Source: the human T2T-CHM13v2.0 reference genome, Homo sapiens
Direction: 5' to 3' (one strand)
DNA: 64,000 nucleotides
NCBI RefSeq assembly: GCF_009914755.1
Contig: NC_060943.1
The notes below the pieces were generated by a model. That model had not been told where the DNA came from and made no database searches. It worked only from the letters and a program-made list of their open reading frames with translations. This document shows, piece after piece, positions 1-64,000 of this stretch (within the stretch, counting starts at the first letter, position 1; each line of letters opens with the position of its first letter). The position numbers and the translations under genes are program-made.

Positions 1-366
1 AGTTCTTGATTGGACAGGGCGTCCCTGTGGAAACTATCTCCCCCTGGGAATGTGTCTCACCAAGGGGGTCTCTGGGGGATGAATGTAGAGGGAATGTATC
101 TCAGGGAGAAGGCTTCCTTTGGGGTGTTTCTTGACTGAGGGTTCTACCCCTGAGAATATCTCTCCTCTGGGGTGTCTCTTTTTATAGTGGTCTCTCGGCA
201 GCTTGGCTCCCATGGGGGCACCAGGAGGCTCCGCCCCCCCGCCCGCCCCTTCCCCCCGCCAGCGCGGGCAGCGGTGGCTGAGCCCGGGCTCGGGCGCCCA
301 GACGCAGTGACGGCGCCGGGCCCGCCCCACTTCGCTCCGCCCCCGCCCCCGCCACCCCTCCCCTCA

Positions 367-387
367 GCCGCCGCCGCCGCCGCCGCC
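367..387 (+). repeat. (GCC)7 trinucleotide repeat
   Basis: Read directly; a second (GCC)6 lies at 5027-5044 in the canonical MAST1 5'UTR. Confidence 0.9.
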
Positions 388-484
388 GCGGTCCCCGCGG
401 CTTCTCACTCCCTCCCTCCTCCCTCCTCCCGCCGCCGCTACCTCCCTCCTCCCTCCCCGGGCCGAAGTCGCCGCCGCTGCCGCC

Positions 485-523
485 ATGGACGATTCGGGCC
501 TCATCCGCCGCCGGAGGCTGCAG
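485..523 (+). CDS. MAST1: MAST1 alternative first coding exon (MDDSGLIRRRRLQ)
   Basis: cgccATGg Kozak at 485, 39 nt, donor CAG|gtacgc at 524; resembles the MAST3/MAST4 N-terminus MDESS(L/I)LRRRGLQ (recalled). Confidence 0.75.
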
Positions 524-1301
524 GTACGCGGCTGCCTGGGCCCCGGGTGGAGAGGAAGGGGTCGGCGCCCTGGGGCGGGGCTGGGCAGGAGGCGGGAGAA
601 CTTGCACTAGGGTCAGCCGGGACGCCCCCACCCATAGGTTCGGGACGCTAACCGCGGGGAACGCTGTGGCCGCGCGTCCCGCCGCGCTGGGGACCCCGCC
701 CCTCAGGCGCCGCCCGGCGATCCAGGGAGCTGCCGGAGGGGTGCAGCCTAGCGCTCCCCCTCGAGGATCGCCTGAGGGGCGCCTGGCCCGCCCTAGGGGG
801 ATGGGGCTGGGGCCGAAGTCATCGCCCTGGCGCCTCGCCAGGCTAGGGGTGAGGGGGCGCAGAGCAAAGTTATTGCCCTAGGGCTCATGCCCCTCGGGGC
901 CATCGGCGCCGCTGGAGGCGTAAACATGTTTGTGCGGCAACCTCGCCCCTCACCACCCCAGGAGCCCCCTCCCGAGGCATAGGACGCCCTGCGTCCCCCA
1001 CGCACCTGCCTGGCCATCAGGATTCTTCCTACTGCCCTAATTGGACAGGCACCTAGACAGCTTTCTCACTCTTCATTCCACCTCCTCCACTACAACATCC
1101 GCCCCCCCACCGCGATCCTCAAGTCCAGCCCAGCTTGTGGGTGGGCGGGAGCGATTTTTAGCTCCTTGCAGCCTTAGAAGATGCTGGTCTCGAGGCTGCG
1201 CAGGCGCAGGAGCCGTGCGTCCACTGCACGGAGTGGGACACTGAGGATCGCTGTGGAGTGTGGGGAAGGCGGGGACAAACTCAGGTGTCAGGAGCTCCTA
1301 C

Positions 1302-1615
1302 CTCCAAGGTGGGGAGGGATTCTGTAGCCGAGAAGCGTCCTCTGCTCGTCTTCAGCTGCGTTTCTGAGGGGTTAGTACGGAAGTTCAGGGTTAATACGGA
1401 GGTCCGGTCCCAAACATCCCAGAGGGGAAGGTGATGATATCTGTGCCCCAAGGCCCTGCCTGGGGTCTGGCCCTTCTGAGCCTCCTTGGGGCTCAGCCCC
1501 AGGCTTGGTAATCTGGAGTTTAGATAAAGCCGAGAATGGGCCCAGACTCAGGCTCCATCCCCAGCCTGAATCTTGGGAAAAGAGGATTCAAACCCTCACC
1601 TAGGGCTTCGTCCAT
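1302..1615 (-). CDS. RTBDN: Retbindin long-isoform 5' coding exons (partial; gene continues left of the window)
   Basis: Minus-strand exons 1615-1600 (ATG GAC GAA GCC CTA G|gtgagg) and 1363-1302 (ag|...TTG GAG|gtagga) join to MDEALETQLKTSRGRFSATESLPTLE, matching my recollection of the RTBDN long isoform; synteny with MAST1 agrees. Confidence 0.75.
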
Positions 1616-2245
1616 TTCTAGACTCCCCTAATCCATCATTCCCGAGGTTGAAGGCCAAGGGGAGCTGATTGGTCAGTGCAGCAGGAAAAATGGTGATCAG
1701 ACTGCAGGAAGGACCTTCCAGGCGTCTGGGTAACGCCGGAGCCAGACATGAGTTGGAAAACTAATTTGCTTTCAGAGCCCAGATGGCCCGATCTCCGGAG
1801 CCTAGGCCTCTCTGAAGTGCTCCCACATTCTCTCCGCCTCTCGGGGGTGGGTTAGGAGAGTGGGTTCCGAGAGAAGGGAGGCAGCTGCGGCAAAGTTAGA
1901 GCAAGTACTGCAGCAGCCAGGTTGGGTCCGCGCCGTCGGGTTTCTGAGAAAAGGGAGGAAAGAGGCGGGGCCTGCACGGTGTGTCCCCGCCCTCCAGGCC
2001 GGCGTCAACTCTCATTGGCTCAGCGCCACGCGGGACTTTAAACTCCCGCTCGAGACACCGCCCCCAACGCGGAATGCTTCCACTCACCCACCCACCCACT
2101 CAACCCCAGGCTTGCTCTGGGTCCGGCGATCCCTGTCGGAGTCCTGTCCCCACCGCTTCCCTTCTGGCGGGATTAACCACTTCGCTGCCTGGATACACCC
2201 ACATACGTTGGTGCATCCTCTTAGGAACTGTCGCATCACTGCTGA

Positions 2246-2589
<344 letters not shown>

Positions 2590-3149
2590 TAGACAGCATC
2601 CTGAGTTCGAATGCCCTGTCTGCAGTGTCAACTATTAATCCTGTGCGGGAGAAGCGGAATCCACTTGGCCGAGCGGCTCTGCAGCTGAGATTGGAGGTGG
2701 CGTCTGTTTACACTGACGCCAAAGACCCGAACTTCCGCCGCTCCAGTTTGACCCTTTCTTCGTCCCTAGAATGTTTGGGGGCGCTAGCGGGTGGGGCTGG
2801 GTTCCAGGTCTTCTTCGGGTGGTGCTTAAAAGCCCTCCAGGGGCTTACCCTCCAAGGCCGGTTACCCGGATCTGGACACCCTGGGCTCTGTGGCCAGAAA
2901 ATCCAGGTCTTGATTTCGCTTGGGCCATTGCAGACACGCAGCCAGGTCGACTGGTCCTCATTCACTCCGGTCATGCAAAGACAGAGGGAAAACCTGGTTT
3001 GGATTATCGGTCACCCGTGGCTCGGGAGGGCAGGGCTGCCCTTTGGCCCCGCCTATATGTTTGTCCGTTGTACAACGGGGTGGGAGGACGCTGTGGCCCA
3101 TCCTCTGTCATGCAGCATGTCCCTCCTTAATAACGCCTGTTCTCCAGAC

Positions 3150-4500
3150 TTAGTATTTATTGAGCACTTGCTATGTGCTAGGCACCATGCTAAGGGGCTA
3201 GGCATCTGCATCAACTCCTAAGATCCTCAAGGAGACACGGGACTATTGGAAGGTCATTTGCCAAGGTCATAAAAAGCAGAATTGAGATTTGAACCTAGGC
3301 TTTTTGCTTTTAGAGATCCTAGAAATGTCTAGGACATCCCTCATTTTCCTTTTGTTGGAGTCCCCTCCAAAGGCCTTTTGAAACTCTCCCCCAAATCTTT
3401 CCACCTGCAGCCCCACTCAGTTTCCTTCCTTCCACCTCACCCTGTGGATAGAAAACTGGCTGGCAGGTGTTGCCCCTTGTACCCCATTCCTTTCCTCAGA
3501 AAAAAGCCAAGACCCCATATCTCCTGATCCCTACAGTGACTTCCTAAGAGCTTGACAAATGGAAGGTGACCTTCTTCAAATGCAGACACATAAAGTTAAT
3601 ACTCACTAATTATTATTATTGTCATTATAAAAAATGACTACGCGGCCATCACCTGAATTTCCATTTTTATTTTTTTATTTTTTAAACTTTTTATTATTTA
3701 TTTATTTATTGTTAATTGAGAGGGTGTCTTACTCCAGCAGTGGTGCAATCATAGTTCACTATAACCTCGACCTCCTGAGCTCAAGAGATTCTCCCACCTC
3801 AGCCTCCGTGGTTCCCATTTTAAATCTCAGTTGTGAGTCACTCTACTTACCTACCCCCCACCCCCTACCCCAACTCTATGACTCTAGCTGGGAGTCAGAT
3901 AGATCTGCTGAGGTGTAGATGAGTCATTCATTCTTTCAACCTTTCATTCATTCAACCTTTCATTCATTCATTGAGTACGCTAAGCTTATTCCCGCCTCCA
4001 GGCCTTTGCCCTTGCAGTTCCCTCCACCTGGAATGCTCTCTCCACAGATCCTCCCATGGCTGGCTCTTATCTTTCAGCAACCAGCTTAAAAGTCACCTCC
4101 ACAGAGCAGCCCTGTCTGACAATGTGTCTCCATCCTAGCCATTGTCCATCACATCACCCTGTTTGATTTATTCATAAGACTAATTATTGTCTAAAATGAT
4201 TTCGTTCACTTCTACACTAATCTTGTTTAATGTCCCCTTTACCCTATAAATACTAGTCCCAAAAGGCCAGAAACTTTTTTTTTTTTTCTCCTTGAGACAG
4301 AGAGTCTTGCTGTGTTGCCCACGCTGGTGTTTCCTTGGACTCAAGCGATTCTCCTGCCTCAACCTCCCAAGTAGCTGGGACTAGAGGTGCACACCACCAC
4401 ACCGGACTTGTAATTTATTCACTACTGTGTCCCTAGTGCCTAGGATTGGGTCAGCATACAGTAGGTGCTCAAGACATATTTTTCAAATAATGATTCCTAT
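3150..4500. mobile_element. MIR and L2 fragments with partial Alus (about 3690-3808 and 4276-4410)
   Basis: tttattgagcac...gtgctaggcac, gagatttgaacctagg, ctttgcccttgcagttccctccacctggaatgctct, cagtaggtgctcaa motifs; boundaries approximate. Confidence 0.6.
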
Positions 4501-4676
4501 TTCATTTGCACAAACACACGCTGATATGCCAACTCACTTGCCTTTATATGGCGCCCCGCCTGTGTACTTGGGCCTCTGTTGGTCTCTGAGGGTCAGGAGA
4601 GGAATCACCCAGGGATCCTCTCCCCCAAGAAACTTGGCCCGCAGTGCATGGCCAAGGGTGAAAGTGACAGTGCTGA

Positions 4677-41354
<36,678 letters not shown>

Positions 41355-41411
41355 CCAAGGGGGTCATCGGCCCCGCGCTGTACAGCCTCCGTATACATAT
41401 GTACACATATA

Positions 41412-41417
41412 AATAAA
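41412..41417 (+). terminator. MAST1: MAST1 polyadenylation signal AATAAA
   Basis: 58 nt after the stop codon, upstream TGTA motifs, GT-rich downstream element. Confidence 0.85.
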
Positions 41418-41706
41418 GTGCGTCCGTGCTGCGTGAGTTTTCTGGGGCTCACTCCTCTCCAGGCAAGGCGAGACATCACACGACCCCACCCCCATGCCCA
41501 GGTGCTTTTTGGGAGGTGGGACTCCAGTTCTGGTTACCATGGAGAGTGGAGGGAATTTTGGATAGACACCTCCTGTGGTCCCACTTCTGGTCTCACCTCT
41601 GCACCAACTGCCCCCAAACCTTTACGGGGAGAATTGAAGCTGCGATGCTCTTGTGTCCCAGCGCCCACCTGAAGAGAAGGTTAACAGCCTCGTCCACCAA
41701 TTTCCA

Positions 41707-41712
41707 TTTATT
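41707..41712 (-). terminator. DNASE2: DNASE2 polyadenylation signal AATAAA
   Basis: tttatt on the + strand, about 760 nt past the DNASE2 stop, at the edge of a MIR-like segment. Confidence 0.65.
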
Positions 41713-41873
41713 TACTCCTCAACAATCCTGATGGCAGGTATTATGTTTCCCATTTTGCAGACAGGTAGACTGTGTCACAGAGCGGTTAAGGCACACAATC
41801 AAGGTCATACAGCTAGGAAGGGGATGAACTGGGATTCAAAATCAAGTCCAAACTGGTTCCTGAGCCCTTAGAT

Positions 41874-47864
<5,991 letters not shown>

Positions 47865-47879
47865 AGCTGCTATGGGGCT

Positions 47880-48200
47880 GAGATCCAGGAATCTGTGTCG
47901 GGACTGCGGGGCGCTGGGTTACATCAGAGGCCAGGACTGGCACCTGGCGCCTTTCACTTCCCTAAACTTGCCTGGGAACCGGGGCGGGGACATCACGAGG
48001 GTACAGACTCCTCCCCCGAGACGCGATGCTGCGTTTTGGAGAGGCAAAAGGCAACGCTGAGTCTGCCCAGACCACGCCCACGACGGGCCCGGCGCTCCAG
48101 CGTCTCCTGGAGCCTGGCCACCGTTCCTTTTCGTGGTAGCTAATCCCAGCCCACGCTCTTCTGTCTGACCCAACTCCCGCCCGGGTTTCTGGATCAGGCA
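47880..48200 (-). promoter_or_regulatory. DNASE2: DNASE2 GC-rich promoter / 5'UTR
   Basis: GC box ggggcgggga at 47981, KLF-type CCACGCCCA at 48072-48080, CpG-rich. Confidence 0.65.
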
Positions 48201-48271
48201 CAAGTTTGTATTTTATTTTTTATTCCAGCCCTACAACCTGGGTCCAACTCTTGTGACCTTTGTTCTTCCTC

Positions 48272-49230
<959 letters not shown>

Positions 49231-49275
49231 AGGATCATGGCAGGGCAAAGGGCTATGGGAATCTGAGTACTGGCT

Positions 49276-50603
<1,328 letters not shown>

Positions 50604-51245
50604 GGCTGTGAACTCTTAAATCCAGGGAGATGTTTGCTGTCAATGTCCGCAGGGTTCAAGGCAGAAGACAAGGACAGTGTAGCCTGAACTGGGTGGGAAA
50701 AGAGAGGACAGCAAGGCCTCCAGTGCCCAAGGGGGCTTGTTGGAGTTGAGGGGTGTCACTGTAGTTTAGGAGATGAGGGTGTGTAAGGCCCTCTAATATG
50801 ACCTCTAGGTTTACAGCCTCCTGCCATCTTCCAGCCTCCAAAACCCAAAAATTCAGGCCAACGCTGAAGCTTTATCTGGGAGGGGCATTTTTATAGGACC
50901 CATAACCATTGACAGTTAATATCAGCCACAATAAGGGACCTTCAGGAGCCGCTTTCTAGACCCAGGGTCTCTGGGAAGCCTCATCCCACACCCTCTCCTG
51001 CTGTCCAGGGCCATCTGGGAGCTGGTCTGAGTGTCCACTGAGTCCGTTTATTTGGCGGTCTGTCTCACTGGGTTTGCACGACAGTTTGGACATCTCTGTG
51101 TGGCTCCCTGTGGCTGAAGGCTTGTCGGATTTTCCGTAAGAGGCTCCCCCAGGGCTGTCTATGGGTCCGTGTTTGATATTTGGGTGGATCTTTGGGAACG
51201 CGAGTCCAGGAGAGGGTCCATTCGTGGGAAAACCACCCAGCATTG

Positions 51246-51285
51246 TGTCACGCGCGTCCGTGTGAAGAGACCACCAAACAGGCTT
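51246..51285 (-). mobile_element. 40-nt HERV-H LTR7-family U5 terminal fragment in the KLF1 3'UTR
   Basis: Minus strand reads aagcctgtttggtggtctcttcacacggacgcgcgtgaca, the recalled 3' end of LTR7. Confidence 0.7.
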
Positions 51286-51333
51286 CTTGTCCCATCCCCA
51301 GTCACTAGGAGAGTCCAAGTGCCAGGGCAGGGC

Positions 51334-53688
<2,355 letters not shown>

Positions 53689-53689
53689 T

Positions 53690-53750
53690 TAGCTGATTGG
53701 CTGCAGCCTCTGATAAGGCAAAGCAAGGCAAGGCGGCGGGGGGGCACTGT
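53690..53750 (-). promoter_or_regulatory. KLF1: KLF1 proximal promoter: CCAAT, GATA1 and GC box
   Basis: attgg 53696-53700, tgataa 53711-53716 (contains c.-124 at 53713, the recalled In(Lu) GATA variant position), ggcggcggggggg at about 53732-53744. Confidence 0.8.
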
Positions 53751-54074
53751 TTCTGGGGCACAAACTTCACGTTGGCCTGTCTGGGGCTGGGGTTAAAGAC
53801 TAACCCTGTGTCCAAAGCCAAGTCAAATATCAAGGGTTGGGGGGTTCAGGGTTTGAGGGTCCAGGTGCTGGGTAAAAACAGACATTGGGTCTCCAAAGAA
53901 GGAGAGACTTGGGGGTCTTCCCTCAGTTAACTTTCCTGGAAAAGGCAGAAAGGGTATTCTGGGAAGAAGCTGTGGGACCCCCTGTCCCCCTGATTGAGGC
54001 TCCACAGCCCTCCCCCTCCCCAGTAAACAGCAACAACCGTGCTGATGGCGGGACTTGGCACGAGCTCCCCGCCA

Positions 54075-54120
54075 AGCATTATCAGACACCCCAGACGTTG
54101 GAGGCTGCTATCAGGTGGGG
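54075..54120. promoter_or_regulatory. KLF1: KLF1 upstream erythroid enhancer (GATA - Smad - GATA/E-box)
   Basis: TTATCA 54079-54084, CAGAC twice, CTATCA 54108-54113, CAGGTG 54112-54117. Confidence 0.65.
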
Positions 54121-54593
54121 GCCCAGGCCAGCTAGAGCTCTGTCCTCCGGTGAAGGGGAGGGCTGGGAGTTGGGTCTTCAAATTAGCCTGGCGTTCAATT
54201 TGCCTGGGTTGGGACCTCCCAGGGTCTCAGCCCTGCAGCAGGAGGAAGCCCCTGACAACTGGCCCACCATTGTCTACTGGGGACCCTTGGGTGGCACTGC
54301 ATGGGACTGCATGGAGGCTGGTTCAGTGCCAGCTGCTTTAGTGCGATGGGGGCAGCCAAGGGAAAAGTGACCCTCTCTCCTCCTGGGTGGGATAGGACCG
54401 TTGGATCAAGCCACAGGCAGTACCTGACCTGCAGGAGACCAGTGCCCTGGCTCTGGGCCTGGCTGCTCCTTGATTCTGCCCAACATGAGGAGAGGATCTG
54501 AGTTTCTACAACAGGAACCTCCACTCTGGTGCCCTGGGAGCCTGGGAAGGGGACATGGATACGTATTACAGACACATAACTCATAGTCACTCA

Positions 54594-57035
<2,442 letters not shown>

Positions 57036-57063
57036 CACATAGACTCACAGAATCACACAAGTT

Positions 57064-57091
57064 CACACACACACACACATACACAGACACA

Positions 57092-57127
<36 letters not shown>
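57064..57127 (+). repeat. (CA)n microsatellite
   Basis: Read directly. Confidence 0.9.
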
Positions 57128-57131
<4 letters not shown>

Positions 57132-57339
57132 CACAAGTATCTACATGTGCTTCCTGGGACAGACTGGCAGAAAGGTTTGCTAAGATCGCCCACTTGGAGC
57201 TCGTCTTCCCCACAACCAGCACCCAATTAGAGAACTCGAGTCTGGCCTCCTGGGTTCAGGAGGACGCCTAGTGCTCGCGCCAGAATTTCTTTGTTTAATT
57301 CTTGACTCCCTCCGCACACACCCCCTGCAACTGACCAAC

Positions 57340-57654
57340 CAGGAGTGGGCCGAGCCCTTTCCTACGGCCAATAAGAGGAGAAACCCAGCTGGCCAATCGG
57401 TTTCCCGCACTCGTCTTCCGCCCCTACCCCGTCCGCTTCTTAAAGGGGCTAGCCTATCTCTGTCTGGGCCCCCCGATTTCCACAGGCAAGGCTACCTTAG
57501 CCCTTTTAAAAGGCAGAGCTGCGGAGGGGGCCGGATTCTAGGAGGAACCAATGAAAAGCCTCACTCGGCCTCCGCTCCTCCCACTTCTTGCTGAGGTCAA
57601 AGGCCTGCGTCAGTTGCACTGTAGCCTCGGCAGTGAACCGGGAGGTACTACCAG
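57340..57654 (+). promoter_or_regulatory. GCDH: GCDH promoter and non-coding exon 1
   Basis: CCAAT at about 57368, 57393 and 57548; CpG-rich; donor ccag|gtaagg at 57654; next acceptor at 57722. Confidence 0.7.
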
Positions 57655-57750
57655 GTAAGGAAGGTGCGGTGGCCCCAGCCGTGGGTGAGAGGAGCTCCGC
57701 TCTGACACCCCCGCTCCTGTAGGTCGCCGTCGTTGCTCCGCTCGCTCTGA

Positions 57751-63882
<6,132 letters not shown>

Positions 63883-64000
63883 TAGGGGCTGTGTGGTGGG
63901 GGCGGGGGGATGGCAGCGGTGGCTGGAGGACCTTGTGTCCTTCCTGGAGAGAAAGGTCCTTCCTGCCTGGTGGCCCTGGGGACCTGAACCTTCTGCTGTC

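Larger units (their letters stand above)
220..1250. promoter_or_regulatory. CpG island / distal MAST1 promoter overlapping the RTBDN 5' region
   Basis: Very high CpG and GC density, GC boxes (ccgccccgcccc ~337-352), (GCC)7 at 367-387, Kozak ATG exon at 485. Confidence 0.75.

Noticed and set aside
30-190. Short degenerate repeats (tatctc...ctgggg.tgtctc)
   Set aside because: Too short and diverged to support a call

Overview
This is human (primate) genomic DNA, Alu-dense and GC-rich, recognisable as the chr19p13.13 gene cluster. It holds the 5' coding exons of RTBDN (-), the complete MAST1 kinase gene (+, 26 exons, 1570 aa) with intronic mirtron MIR6794, DNASE2 (-, 360 aa), an Alu-interrupted LTR8-type solo LTR, KLF1 (-, 362 aa, Pro102 allele) and the first 10 exons of GCDH (+) with an RPS6 processed pseudogene in intron 6. 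I assembled all exon chains by hand from GT-AG boundaries; they give open frames of the expected lengths. Gene, miRNA and repeat names come from recalled sequences, not a database search. There are no prokaryotic features and no evidence for a wholly new system. The most interesting signals are extra layers of MAST1 isoform control: a distal promoter plus a 32-nt microexon encoding a MAST3/MAST4-like N-terminus, an overlapping uORF, an L2-derived truncating last exon, and CA/TG-rich arms around exons 2-3. Also notable are an isolated HERV-H U5 fragment in the KLF1 3'UTR and possible KLF1-to-DNASE2 read-through.
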